DNA of 64,000 nucleotides from the human T2T-CHM13v2.0 reference genome, Homo sapiens (GCF_009914755.1 NC_060937.1); one strand, 5' to 3'; shown: positions 47,601 to 62,979, counted from the first letter of the stretch. A program made the numbers and translations. Notes: generated from the letters alone by a model not told the origin.

Positions 47601-48325
47601 AGGGGTGGGTGCAGCTTGATGGAACCTCTTCTCCAGGCCAGCAGAGGGAGGGAAGGCAGGCCTGCCCCACCACGCCTGTCCCCAAGAACCCCGTCTTAAG
47701 CCAGCTCATAAATCTCCCATCACTCCTTCCGTGTGTCCTGGCTTCCCTCCTCAGCTCGGAGCAGTGGACATTTCCACCTGCAAGGTGAACTGTGCCCTAC
47801 TGTGCCAACCGACAGGGATCAGGGGAAGGTGGACAGAGGGGCTGCACCTCTGTCCTTTACCCCCGCCATCCCCCACCAACCCCAGGTCAGATCTCCATTC
47901 CCACAATAAACTGTACCTAGCGGGGTGCAGGTGTGGTTTAAGGACATTCTCCTGGCCAGAGCCAGTGGCCTGCAGTGTGGTCTTCCCTAGATGTCCTCGC
48001 TGCAGGCATGAGGCCATGCCAGGTGGCCAGGCTAGGCTCTCAGGGGTGGTCCTGCTGTCTATGATGTGTGGGGAGCAGGCCTGGAGGAACTAAAGAGATG
48101 CAGGGACAAACATTTCCCAAAGGCCTGATGACATTTACTGGATTCAGCTGCCTTCATAAGCCTGCGTTTCTAGCTTTCAGTGTTTCTGGGGTTAACTTTA
48201 AAACAAAATCAAACCAAAAAAGGTTGTTATTATATACTGTGATTGTCCACAACTCTTAAACACAGGCCAGTGACAGTTTAATGCACTCCCACATCTGCTC
48301 AGGATCATAGAATTCTCTACATTTA

Positions 48326-48732
<407 letters not shown>

Positions 48733-49954
48733 TCAGTCTACTTTAAAGTGGCCTCTGAGGGACAGAGACCCTGATAGGATCTGGTTGTCTTGCAGAAAGG
48801 GGCAGTGAAGTCACTGACTTATTTTGTGGATGAATGCTGTTGCTGGATGTCCTAGCAGATATATTCCTCATTCTCCACTCAGCTTTCTTCAGCTCTCTCC
48901 TCCTGCCCATGTTAGCCCTACCCACTTCCATTCACAAATCCACCTTATGGATGGCTTGAAGGGTGCTTGAGGCTCATACCAAGGGGAATGAACACAGGCA
49001 TCTCCCGGAAGAGAGCAGTCTGTAGAGAGAACATCTGTATTCCTGACTCGCAGACAGTGTGTGTCCTTTTATACAGCATCATCAAGTTCACCTTTCTCCA
49101 TCTTTCTCACAAAGAAATCCTAAAAGACATTGAACATGCTTAGGTTTAAAAATGGGAGGGCATGATACAGTAGGAAGAGATGGCATTTGTCACCCATCTC
49201 CCCACTTTCTATCGGTGGACATGGGGCAAATTTTCTATCCTCTTTGAGTCTCAATTCTCTTATCTGGAATATGGGGATAATGGTGCCTCTGCTGTGGGGA
49301 TTGGTTGAGAAAATGGACAAAGTGCCTAGCATGTAAAGCACACATCAAATGACAACTCTCTTCTTGCCCCTGGACTAAAGCAGTAAGGAACTGAAGTTCA
49401 AGTTCAAGTTCTGCCACTCGCCAGCTGTGACCAGAGCACTTTGCCTCATTTCAATGAGCCCTGGGTTCCCATCTGTGCATGAGTCTAAGGTGCCATTTTC
49501 TACGATTCTTGGATTTATTTTGTCTACAGGTCCTGCTGACTTCCCCTTCAGAAAAGGACTGAGGTGAGTTTGCCCGGCCTGGTCTCCTGATGACCCCCTA
49601 TTTGCTTGTCATCCCTCCTAAGCTTTGACATAGTTAAGTGGCAGGGATGCTAAATGACAGTGCAGGGAGTGCAGAAAACTGGTCAGCAACCACCTCTTCC
49701 AGGTCCCAGTGCATCCCCCATGCCCCTTCACTTCCGGGATTCTGACTGCCCTGACTGAGTGTGATGGGACACACCTGGCAAGAACAGGGGATGCGCACTC
49801 TCTCCTGCTCCGCCCTGCCGTGTTCCTTCCGTCCTTGCCTGTTTGAGTCTATTCTCTCCTTGAAGAGAGAAAATGAGGCAAAATCATCGGGTAGTTGAGT
49901 GGCTTTCTGCCTTCCTCCTGGAGTTTGTTAATTTTTCAAATTTCCCAAAATCTT

Positions 49955-50748
<794 letters not shown>

Positions 50749-51016
50749 CTTCTTTATTTTATTGTGAATGCAGCTGAAAAATGTTCCCCAGGAACTATCT
50801 CCTTTGTAATTTTTTGCAAAGTAAAACTACAAGGTATATTGAAGCCAAGCTCTTTGGGGCTAATTTACAGTACTGTTTAGGGTAACGTACAATAGGTTGG
50901 GCTCATTTGAAACAAACTTGGGGGCTTCAGCTTGAGCAGATGGCTGAAACCTTCACACAGGGCTTCCTCTGAGCCCTGCAGTCTTCCGATCTTGGTTTTT
51001 CTCCTTCCTCCCCGCC

Positions 51017-51325
<309 letters not shown>

Positions 51326-53066
51326 CTTCCTTCCCCTTTCAATTGTATTTTGAATGAATCAACAAGTGTAGAATTATTAAAGTTGTTGGAGAGGAAAAAC
51401 GTCTAAATTGCTACCTCTGTGCAACAATTCCAGTCTTGGTTCTTACAATGAATCTGCTTTTGTAAAGAGCTAGACAGTGATTGCTATCCCAGGGTGCAGC
51501 TGTTCACAGCACAAAGCAGAAATAGTCAACATGAATATTATGGGTAGATTTCTGCAAATCATCCTCAGTTTTCTTCCCTTCATTTAAAAGACATCTTTCT
51601 CCTCACGTCTTAGGGTAGATTCAGAGACACACAAAAAGCAAAGTTTGCTTTTTAAAATAAAATGCTAAGTAGAATAGCACAAATGACTCTAAAATCAATG
51701 TATATGTATATTTCTTTTAAACTTTAATATATAAAACATACATTTCTTTTAACAAGGACCTTGGCTCTGATGGTCTCCATGTTTAGAATTTGAGTTCTTA
51801 AGTGAATGAGATCCAGAAAAAGCACTTTTTCAGAAATAAGAAATGGGCTATGATGACATTGTCAATTCACAATTGCTATAATAGAATATCAGAGAGATTA
51901 ATTTGCTCAAAGTTATAGCCCAGAGTGCTGGGATATAAATTCATGTTTTCTGGCCCCATTGGTTTTTACCAACAGCAACCTCTCAAGGATGGTCCTACAG
52001 CTTACCTATGTGACATTTCTCAGGATATTCGAACTGATAGTTTTTGGAAGGACAGGAGGGCACGAAGAGAGTTTCAGGTATGTGAGGTTTGCTTCTTAAG
52101 CACATTCTGGCAAACCTCAGGCCACGTTTTACTCTGGGTCTCCATCAGTGTGCACACAATAGCAGTGTCCCCTTGACCTGCTGCAATATTCGTTTGTGAT
52201 GGCCCCTGCCTCTTCAGAGCTGCCGCAGGACCTGCCTCATTCAGATGGAAAGCAAATGGCACTGGAAGAACGTTTCATCTCCTGCATCTGTGGGATCAGC
52301 CCCAGTACAGGCAAAAATCTCATGCTTTCATACCAGCCCCTCTGGGGCTTTCATCTCTGCTCCAAAAAAATGGACAGCTTCAAAAATTCAAAAATCAATT
52401 GGAATGGAGCCAGCTCTGTCCAGCGGGTTATTAATGGCCCTGGAGCTGACTAATCCTATTTGCACAGCCTTTTGGTAAACAGCTTCAACAACAACTAGGG
52501 TGGAAAAGAAAACACACACCCCATCCAATCAAGACAAACTTCAAGTATTGATTTCACTGCCTCCTTCTCCCCTGCTGCCACTTTTGAAACAAATTTAGAG
52601 TATGACACCAGGGTCATTGATCATTGCCAAACCCCCACGTCACCAGGTCCTGACTATGTTCTGCTGGAATAGTACATTGCTTCATTCTGCTGGAATAACT
52701 TTTCCAAGATTTCCTGAGGTAGGGAATATAAATTGCTGGATCCCGGGGAAGACGGCGGGGAAAAGAATATCTGGTTGGGCTCAGGTACTCCAGGTAGCTC
52801 TTCCTGACTGATCACTTCTCAGGTGCCGCGTAAGCCTCCACAGGAGCCGTGGGTCCTCCCTGAGCCCTGCAAACAGATCCCATTCCTGCCCCAGAGTCTT
52901 TACGGAGAGGCTTCCAGGTCTCCATTAAACTTCTTTCTGCTTTAGCTTCTGTTCTGTTTGTGGGAAAGACAAGGAGAGCCATGAGAGCTATTTCAGAGGG
53001 ACCTTGTCTCATCAGTCTACACCCTGGGCTTGCTGCCCTGCCAACTTAAAAAAAAAAATGGTTTAG

Positions 53067-53372
<306 letters not shown>

Positions 53373-53461
53373 TTACTCATAGTGACAGAAACAATGACAA
53401 CCTGGTGACATGCAGACATCAATTTCCCCCTCTCTTTGTTGTTTTAAAATGTGATGTTCCT

Positions 53462-53590
53462 GGCTGGGCATGCTGGCTCACACCTGTAATCCCAACATTT
53501 GGGAGGCCATCATGGGAGGATTGCTTCAGCCCAAGAATTTGAGACCAGCCTTGGCAACGTAGTGAGACTCTGTCTCTAATAAATACATAC
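53462..53590 (+). mobile_element. Alu left monomer (FLAM-like)
   Basis: Single arm. Confidence 0.85.
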
Positions 53591-55041
53591 ATACATATAT
53601 AAAATGTTTTGTTCGAACACAAATTAACTCTCTAATTGTGCAACATCCTTTCCAACCCTTCACTTCACCTCCATGTGTTTCAATGATTAATAAAACTGAT
53701 TAATAAAGCAAGAATAACCTTGTTTTTTCCTCTTTCAGATGTTTTTGTCTCCTATTTGACTATGTTGTCACCCTAGTGGTTGAGACTGAGGACACTGTCT
53801 AGGGTCCACTATCCAAATAATGACAATGGGGAAGGGGTGAGAGTAGGGGTGTTATTGACAGATGGATATGAGTTCATTTATTCATTCAACAAACCTTCAC
53901 TGGAGGCCTGCTGAATGCCAGGCATCATGCTGCCTAACTCTTAGCTGTGCCACTCACCCAACAGCGGCCATGGGGTGGGTTTGGACTGGTTCCTTAAGCC
54001 CCAAGCCACGGCTGCCTCACCTGAAACAAGGCAGACAATGCCACCTCCGGGTTTCTGTGAGGGCTTTATGAAAACTGTCACAGGGCCGGCACTCGGTAGT
54101 GCTCAATACATTTTTGTTTCTTTTTTCCTTTGGGCCCAACACAAGGGAGGCAGTTTGGGAGTCTAATGTAGATTCATGAACCCTCAATTTGTTAGTCAAA
54201 TGGACTTTGTAGAGACCTAGGCACCCTCTTACACTTATCAGGGTATAAAAAACAAGTCCTCTCACCCCGCTCCATATCTTTGAAAAGTTTACTTTAGCTG
54301 GGCAAACACTAGGTATCAAAGAAACAAATAAGAGAAACACAAAAGTTCAGTTATTCCAGGTGGGAGTTAATTAGACAACTAAAGTCATCAAATGGCGTCT
54401 GGACTGTCAAGTTTTAGGATAACTCAGTGGGAGTAGTCTTGCGTTAGGAATCAGGAGACCTGATTCTGACCCCAGCCAGGGTCACCGCTTACTTACAAAA
54501 GCAAAGAGAGTGACTTTGGACTTCACCTCCCTGGCTCTTGCAAACTTCTCTTTATCTGAACAAGGAGGGGTTCTAAGGCACCGGAGGGTCTAAGAGCCAT
54601 CCATCCCTTCCCCACTTTCCTCCTTCCAGAACATCCCCTGAGTACCTCCTGTGAAACTGTGGCCAGTAAGAAGTGACTGGTCCACAACAGAACTCACATG
54701 GAGGGCGAGGCGGGGAAGACACATGCGGATGCTGGAGTTGTCATTTCTATTCTGGCTGTGACATAGGAAGCTCTTAAAATGACATCACTGTTCTGTGAAC
54801 CCAAACTAGGACCAAGAATCTCTGTTAGTGTTTTTCTTATGGCTTTCAGTTCTGTTCTATTGTAAAAAAAAAACAAAACAAAACAAACCCCGCCCCTCCC
54901 CCCCCAAAAAAACCCAAAGCAAACCAAAACAAAAAATGATGAGGAGGACAGAGATGCCACAAAGAGCTTCCTGGGGCAGAAGAATCATCACAGATACAGT
55001 TAGGGTCACATTGCTGGGCAAGCGTCAGCACCACAATAGAG

Positions 55042-55300
55042 ATTTTTTTTTTATTGCAGTAAAATATACATAACATAAAGGTCACCATCTTAACCATTTT
55101 AAAGTGGCATTAAGGACATTGGCACTGTTGTGCAACCATCACCACCATCCACCTCCAGAATTTTTTACATCTACCCAAATTGAAACTGCACCCATTAAAC
55201 AATAACCCCCGCCCCCCTGCCCCTGGTCACCACCGTCCCACTTCCTGTCTGTGAATCTGTTGCTAGATGCCTCACATGAGCAGATTCCCATAGTGTTTGT
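55042..55300 (-). mobile_element. L1MB 3' end
   Basis: TTTATTGCAGTAAAATATACATAACATAAA...TGTTGTGCAACCATCACCACCATCCACCTCCAGAA. Confidence 0.85.
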
Positions 55301-56085
55301 CATGAGCGGAATTGCATAGAGTTTGTTATGAGCAGATTTGCATAGTTTTTTGTCATGAGCAGAATCACATAGTGTTTGTCATGAGCATAATTGCATAGTG
55401 TTTGTCATGAGCAGATTCACATAATGTTTATTGTGAGCTGATTTGCATAGCATTTGTCACGAGCCGATTTGCACAGTATTTGTCATGAGCAGAATCGCAT
55501 CGCATTTGTCATGAGCAGAATCACATCATATTTGTCATGAGTGGATTTGCATAGTGTTTGCTGTGAGCGGAATCACATAGTGTTTGCCGTGAGCGGAATC
55601 GCATAGTGTTTGTCATGAATGGATTCGCATAGTATTTGTCATGAGCAGATTTGCATAGTATTTGCCACGAGTGGAATCACATCATATTTTTCATGAATGG
55701 ATTCGCATAGTGTTTGCTGTGAGTGAAATCGCATAGTATTTGCCGTGAGCAGCATCGCATAGTGTTTGCCGTGAGCGAAATCGCATAGTGTTTGCCGCGA
55801 GCGGCATCGCATAGTGTTTGTTGTGAATAGATTCACATAGTATTTGTCATGAGTGGAATCACATCGTATTTGTCATGAGTGGAATCGCATAGTGTTTGCT
55901 GTGAGTGAAATCGCATAGTGTTTGCTGTGAGTGAAATCGCATAGTGTTTGTCGTGAATGGATTCGCATAGTATTTGTCATGAGTAGAATCACACAGTATT
56001 TGTCATGAGCGGGTTTGCATAGTATTTGCCATGAGTGGAATTGCATAGTATTTGCCATGAGCAGAATCGTATAGTATTTGTCATG
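55275..56085. repeat. 26-bp minisatellite, ~31 copies, L1MB-derived
   Basis: Consensus approximately CATGAGYRGAATCGCATAGTRTTTGT, head-to-tail with no spacers. Confidence 0.95.
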
Positions 56086-56689
56086 CTGTGACGGTAGCCG
56101 TGTTCCTTCTGCTGAGTGTGGGAAGGAGGACTGAGTCCACCTGCAACTGAGGCTCCGACCAGACCAAGCCATCCATGGGGAAGGAATTAATCTGTTTGAA
56201 GGTTGCTGCTCTACGTTATCCCAACAGCATCAGCCCAAAAGTCAGCCTCAGGGAATGTGGGCTGTTGCCATGGAGATTCTGCCCAGGGGTCACCTCTGTG
56301 GTCCACGGAAAGAAAAGGTTCTGGCGGCAAACCCTTTCCTTAGTCCTGGGGCCTCTAAGTGACCCCTTCAAGTCTGAAAACCCATCCTGCCCTCTCTGAG
56401 CCTTGCAGGTGGTGCTCTCTCTGCCCGTACCCTTCACCCTTGCTTGCCTGGCCAGTCCTCCCCACCCAAGAAGGCCTGATTTAGCTGTTGCTTCCTGCAG
56501 TAGCATCCTATGAGCTTTGGTGCCACCTCAGTTACCTCCATGGAATTCCTTATGACAAAAAATTGTCCCTTTACTGATCAGTCTCCCCCAGCAGAGCATA
56601 GGCTCATTTTGGGCAGGGGCAACTGCTTCTTCACCACTCACCTCTGAGCCTGGCAAGGGCAGACAGCTGTTTCAGGTCAGGCCCCTCAC

Positions 56690-57041
56690 TGGAGTGAGGG
56701 CTGGAGGGCGGGCACTCAGGGGGAATCTGCAGGGAGGAGAGGGAAGTTATCCAGGGAAAAGCTAAGCAAAATTGTGGCTTCAGATGAGTCTAACCTGACC
56801 TGATTCCCCTGAAGAGTTCTGGTACCTGAATGCACCACAGAGTTGTCCCGCCATGCGTTGGGGGCCAGGTTTTTGCACCTGTATGAGTCAGTCATTGGGT
56901 ACAACCTTCCAGGCATAGCCAGGTGGTACAATGCCCTTTGCAGAGGGCAGCTCTCTGGGAAGTCGGCAGCTGTGTGTGCAGCCGGCACTCACACACCTGG
57001 CGGGGGGGGGAGGGGGGTGGGAACCAAGATCATCTACTACA
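56690..57041 (-). mobile_element. LTR16-like ERVL solo LTR
   Basis: GCACCACAGAGTTGTCCCGCC...GGGGGCCAGG...GTCAGTCATTGG...CATCTACTACA. Confidence 0.65.
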
Positions 57042-57080
57042 GCACAGGTGAGTACTTGTTCAATGAATGCTTGTCAATAG

Positions 57081-57130
57081 TAATGATGAAAACAAAATTA
57101 GCTGCTAATGATGAAAACAAAATTAGCTGC
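57081..57130. repeat. Perfect 25-bp tandem duplication
   Basis: TAATGATGAAAACAAAATTAGCTGC twice. Confidence 0.93.
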
Positions 57131-57310
57131 TGATGTTCACTCTGTGCCAGCCCCTGTGCTCTTTTGCTTACACCGTTTCATTCAGTCTCTACCACAACCC
57201 TATGAGATAGGTGCCAATTGTATGAGGAAATTGATGTCCCACAGAGCTGAGTGATTTGCCCAAGATGCACAGCTAAAGGCTGGCAATGTCCAGGCTCAAA
57301 CCTGGATCTC
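57130..57310 (-). mobile_element. MIR
   Basis: CACAACCCTATGAGATAGGT...GAGGAAATTGA...GTGATTTGCCCAAGATGCACAGCTA. Confidence 0.75.
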
Positions 57311-58189
57311 CTTGCCTTGATCCCAGATGATAGGCATGAATGTTAAAGTCCAGGAAGCACTGTAGGGGAAAGGACATTGAGACTTTTTCCCTTCCCCTCT
57401 CTCTGAAAACAACTTTTGCTCGTGTTATTTCCTTTCGCCAGCTTACTTCTGTGCGATGTGGGCCTGTGTTAACCTGCGAGGTTGTTAAACTGGTAAAAAC
57501 ATTTAAACAACACCTTGATCAAGCGCCGCCTCCTCCTAAGTAGCCTTCACCTTTCCTTCTGCAAAGCTGTCCCCTTAAATACCAAAGGTGTCAAATGGCT
57601 GCAGGTTGACTTCCTCTTGGGTCTCCACAGACAGAGTCATTGACACAGGTAGACTTAGAGTCAATGAGAGAGCAACCCTTACATCCCTGGACTGCTCCTC
57701 TATTTCTGCACTTCGGCCCATGGAAACGTCCTGGTCAATACTTCCTTGCTGCTTTATCTTTCAGAGGTCCCAGGCCACCACAGTATTTGTCCTAATTAGA
57801 GTCAGTTTGCTTTGCAAACCACACTCAAGCTCTCCTAGACACCGAGCAGCTGCTCCTCTGACGTCCCCACCGGAGCCCTTGTTTGCATTGTATGTTGTCA
57901 GCAAACAGACCGCCTTGAACAAGCCACTTGGGAGCGCTCCTCACCCGGGACCGGAGCAGCAGGCACATGGAAAACTCTTCCAGCTTTTCCTTAACAGACG
58001 GCTACCTTGCTTCATCATTTCAAAAAATGACAGCAAGAAATAAAGCACTCATACAAACACGTAAAAAGAGGTCATGGAGAGTGGAAAGAACAGTAATATA
58101 CCCACCAAGGAGCAGCCTCTTAGCCCTTGCTCTCCCAGAACATGTCTTTCTCGGTAGGAAGAAGTTTAGCAGAGGATTATGGAGATGGT

Positions 58190-58370
58190 CTCAGCAACAA
58201 GACTGCCTGGATTTCCATCCTAGTTCCTGCCCCAGGTGGCTTAACCTCTCTGCAGTTCCGTTTCTTCACCTGTAAAATAGGGATAAGAATTCTGTTGGAA
58301 GAATTAAATAAGCTAAGAAGTATGGAGTACTTGGAACAAGGTCTGGTACACGATAGACTCTCTCTAAATA
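58190..58370 (+). mobile_element. MIR
   Basis: CTTAACCTCTCTGCAGTTCCGTTTCTTCACCTGTAAAATAGGGATAA. Confidence 0.72.
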
Positions 58371-59960
58371 GTAGAATTTATTTGTCTTTCTGCTGTCTAA
58401 AAGCACTGAGTGATGAGGTTGTTGGCATTGGTGGTGGTGTGTTATTTCCAGAGTAAGGTCCTTCCAGGCAGGACATCAGCAGGGTGAAATGCTTGTCAGT
58501 ACCTCTACTTCACAGATGTAGCAGAGACTTTGGCTGGAACAGGAAGACAGTTTCTGACGGAGAGAGGCTGAGGAGCGCTAACAGCTGGCTGCCCCAGGCC
58601 TCTGGCTCTGCGCTCACTTCTGTTGTATTTATCCCAGTTGAATTTACCCCATCCTTCCCCATCACATCCCAGGGACCATTTCCAGACCAGCAAGACAGTA
58701 TGTGTCTGTATATCCCACCGTTCCTATATTTGTGCAGCTCAGAGGGTTTCCTCATACATTCTCTTGTTCCATCTTGCAGGTACCAGATGGATACTTGAGT
58801 GCTAAGCTGGTTGTCCTTGGGCCCTTCATGCCAGGCTCCCAGCGGCCCTGCCCTCTGAACATCAGGCAATGCCTCTCTACGATACATAGCTTTAATCAGC
58901 AGCAAAATAAAATGGGGCTCATTGAATAAGGCTTACAAAGATGATGAGCTCCTGCCTGGGTTTGCACTGCCTGCTGTGCGGACGAGCCGCATCTGTGGAC
59001 TCCTCCTTAGTCAGACCAAGCTGCCATCTTTACCTTGGCTCCAAAGGTGACCTATGAGCTGCCACACCTACTCTAGGAATGCCCAGCAAAGTCCTGACTT
59101 GGCAACAGGGACCAGGGATAGAGACTTTGACACATCTCCGGTGACTCTTCTGGAAAGGAGTGGAAGATCTGCCGGTGAGCGATAGAAGCGTCACACCCCG
59201 GTTCCCAAACCCAGCCCTAGACATTCTGGTGCCGAGAGGTGTCACTTCCTGGCAAAGGTGAAGGGAGGGTCAGTTTCTCCCTGCTGTTCCTGATTCCATC
59301 AGCTCTTGACCCACAGAGCAAACATGTGCCCAGCCTCTGCAGCGACAACCAGGTGTTCTCCTGGACTCACCCTGGCCCAGATCCGCTCGGTGGAGTTGGC
59401 ATCTGCTGTGAGCCTCCCATTTGATTTGACGGTTTCCATTTAGTAGGTATTTGTAGATGCAGCCAGTCCTTTGAAGAATTATTATGCTCATAAAGTGCAG
59501 AGAAAATGGTATAGCCCTGCCTACTTCTCAGTTTTCTGAGGCTCAGGAATCAGCACGTTGTTTTCCTGATTTCGCTCTAGGCTTTCTTCACTCCCGTAAT
59601 GAGCAGTAGGGGTCACTGTGTAGCCACAGAACGCCTCCACGAGGCTCCAGAAATCTAACTCCACCTACCTCTGGGCTGGACCAGAACACTTGGATGAAAC
59701 GGCCACGTCACCACATCTTCACAAAGTCAGGGGACATATTTAGCAGGATCTTTTCTGATTGAAATGATCAATGGCTATTTCTATGTTGCTGAAGTGAAAA
59801 TGAATATAGTGGTTTGGGTTGGAATCACTATGTTGATATAATACATATATAGTGATATAAATGACTATATTGATATAAATGATATTGCCACCAACTCGTT
59901 ATGCTCCTGAATTTCCTCAATTAGTTTGAAAATTGGTCCGTTTTCCCCAAATAAGCTTAG

Positions 59961-60227
<267 letters not shown>

Positions 60228-60691
60228 TGATAAGCAAACATTGTGTTAAAAACCAAGTATCGCATTATTCTGTTTTTTAAGACCTAGATTTATGGAAGAT
60301 AAACATTAGAAAACAATATTCAGCAGTCTTGTTTCTAGTTTTAACATTGACCTAATGTGAAACAGAAGAAAATTTGGGATCAATAATAACACCACTTTGG
60401 TACCAACCACAAAACAAAAAAAGTTGAAAAAAAAAAAACAACCCACACCCTCAAAAGATAACAATGTAGTATGTACGAAAAAAGTGAGTAGAAATAAAAT
60501 AAAATCAGATACTATGTGGGAAAGGGCTTTGTTGTCCATACATTGCCATAGTTGGCCCAGGCAAGGATAGTGGCAATTGAAACACTTTCTAAGATGCACA
60601 GCCCTGCAAGTCAGCTTTTGGCTGATTTCCTGGGTATTTAACTTGGAATTGGACAACGGCCCTGGCTGCTCCTCACAACCCCTACCACCTC

Positions 60692-60710
60692 TGTCCACCA
60701 GGGGGCTTCA
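60692..60710 (+). promoter_or_regulatory. Candidate CTCF motif
   Basis: TGTCCACCAGGGGGCTTCA; core CCACCAGGGGGC matches, 3' end off-consensus. Confidence 0.45.
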
Positions 60711-61073
60711 CTCTTTTCCGCTTGGATTCTCTTTACATCCTCCACCGGTCCCCAACTCCACTCACCCATCCCCCAGTAGATTCCCTCCACTCTCCCCATT
60801 TCCCTTCTTGTTTCCCACCTGGTCTACGATCTAGCCATTAAGGCTTCGGGGAGAAACATAGGAAAATCAGCACAGCCCACCAACTCCACTGCCTTGAAAC
60901 TGCTTCTGCGTCTGTCGGCCCGCCTGCTTTCCACAGTACGGCAAATCCTGGGCGTTCAACAAATATTGTGGACCACCACTACACTAGAACCACCAAAGAA
61001 ATATGATCAAGGCTGCACAAAGTAGTGCACTGAGGATCCACTGCTAATGAATTTGGAAAAATTAAAAGTCACA

Positions 61074-61395
61074 GGCCGGGCGCGGTGGCTCAAGGCTGGG
61101 CGCAGTGGCTCACGCCTATAGTCCCAGCACTTTGGGAGGCTGAAGCGGGTGGATCATGAGGTCAGGAGTTCGAGACCAGCCTGGGTAATTTGGTGAAACC
61201 CTGTCTCTACTAAAAATACAAAAATTAGCTGAGCGTGGTGGCACGTGCCTGTAGTCCCAGCTGCTTGGGAGGCTGAGGCAGGAGAATTGCTTGAACCCGG
61301 GAGATCGCAGTGAGCTGAGATGGAGCCACTGCGCTCCAGCCTGGTTGACAGAGCATGACTCTGTCTCAAAAAACAAAACAAACAAACAAAAAAAC
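61074..61395 (+). mobile_element. AluS with duplicated 5' head
   Basis: GGCCGGGCGCGGTGGCTCA-A-GGCTGGGCGCAGTGGCTCACGCC. Confidence 0.93.
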
Positions 61396-61399
61396 CACA

Positions 61400-62320
61400 C
61401 ACATTTAAACCGTTTTCTAGTGTCCAGTTCTGTAGTATTAGGTAGATTCCCACTGTTGTGCGACCATCACTACTAACCATTTCCAGGTCTCTGTTCACCC
61501 TGTGGAATGGAAACTCTGTAGCCATGGAACAACTCCCCATTCTGCAGTCCCTGGCAACCACCATTCTACTTTCTGTCCCTATGAATGTAACTACTCTAAG
61601 TCTTAAATGAGCCAAACTCATTAGCAGTCAATCCTCAATGCACTGCTTCATGCAGCTTTGATCATATTTCTTTGGTGGCCCCAGTGTAGTGGCGGTCCAC
61701 AATATTTGTTGAATGCCCGGGATTTGCCACGCTGTGCCCGGCAGTCAGGTTGACAGATGCAGAAGCAGTTTCAATGCAGTGGAGTTGGTGGGCTATGCTG
61801 ATTTTGCTGTGTTTCTCCCCAAAGCCTTACTACCTCGTGCGAGTGGACAAATACAGTATTTGTCCTTTTCTGACTGGCTTGCGTCACTTAATATCTTCAA
61901 GGTTCTTCATATTGTAGCACGTATCGGAATTTCCATCCTTTTTCAGGCTGAATAATGTTCCATTGTATGGACATTCCACATGTTGTTTATTCATTCATCC
62001 ATTGATGGACACTTAAGTGGCTTTCACCTATTCACTGTTGTGAATAATGCTGCCATACACACATGGGTGTACAAACATCTATTTGAGTCTGTGCTTTCAG
62101 TTCTTTTGAGTGTATACCTCAAAGTGGAATTGCTGGATCACATGGTAATTTTAAGTTTAATTTTTTTGAAGAATCATCATACCATTTTCCACAGTGGCTA
62201 AACCATTTTACATTCACACCAGGAATGTACAAGTGTTCCCATTTTAACAGCTCCTCAGCAACACTTGTTATTTTCTGTCTTTTGATAATAGCCATTCTAA
62301 TGGGTGAAGTAGTTCCTTCA
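61400..62320 (-). mobile_element. L1MB 3' region, interrupted at 61601-61830
   Basis: CCCTGGCAACCACCATTCTACTTTCTGTC...CTACTCTAAG | TACCTC...ATACAGTATTTGTCCTTTTCTGACTGGCTT...TTGATAATAGCCATTCTAATGGGTG. Confidence 0.88.
61612..61829 (-). repeat. Inverted copy of 60839-61056
   Basis: Ungapped 218-bp reverse-complement alignment, about 31 mismatches by manual count (~86%). Confidence 0.95.
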
Positions 62321-62547
62321 TTTTTTGACTTCATACTTTTCTATTTCCTCTTTGCATGTCAACGGTTTTGTAATATCTTCTATAGAGTGTCAATTCAGTA
62401 TTTCTTCTAGCACAGTGGTTGGGATTTATAAATATGTGACTTCACACAGCCATATTCACCATATATAGCACTACTATAGACTTCTGTCCTACAAACTCAG
62501 AAATCCTGATAAACACTTGACTTTGACTGTCATAAAAAATAAAAATA

Positions 62548-62860
62548 GTCCAGGCATGGTAACTCACACCTGTAATCCCAGCACTTTGGAAGGCTTAGGT
62601 GAGAGGATCACTTGAGCCTGGGAGTTTAAAACCAGCCTGGGCAACATAGTGAGACCTTGTTTCTACAAAAAAATTTAAAAATTAGCTGGGCATGGTGGCC
62701 CGTGCCTGTAGTCCCAGCTACTCAGCAGGCTGAGGCTGGAGCCCAGGAGGTCAAGGCTGCAATGGGCTGTGATCAAGACACTGCACTCCAGCCTGGGAAA
62801 CAGAGTGAGACTGTGTCTCAAAGAAAAAAATGATTAAATAAATAAATAAATAAAAATACA
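62548..62860 (+). mobile_element. AluJ-like
   Basis: Dimer with (TAAA)n tail. Confidence 0.93.
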
Positions 62861-62979
62861 ATGCATTGGATTTATAATCATTGCGTTATTGAGTATATCC
62901 CTGAGGGAGAAACCTTCTGTTTAGACCCAGTGTCATTGAAGACTGGCTTCTCCACTAAAAATGTTACGCCTGTGATTAG

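Noticed and set aside
55275-56085. CRISPR-like array
   Set aside because: Units are contiguous with no unique spacers, derive from L1MB, and there are no cas genes; the context is primate DNA
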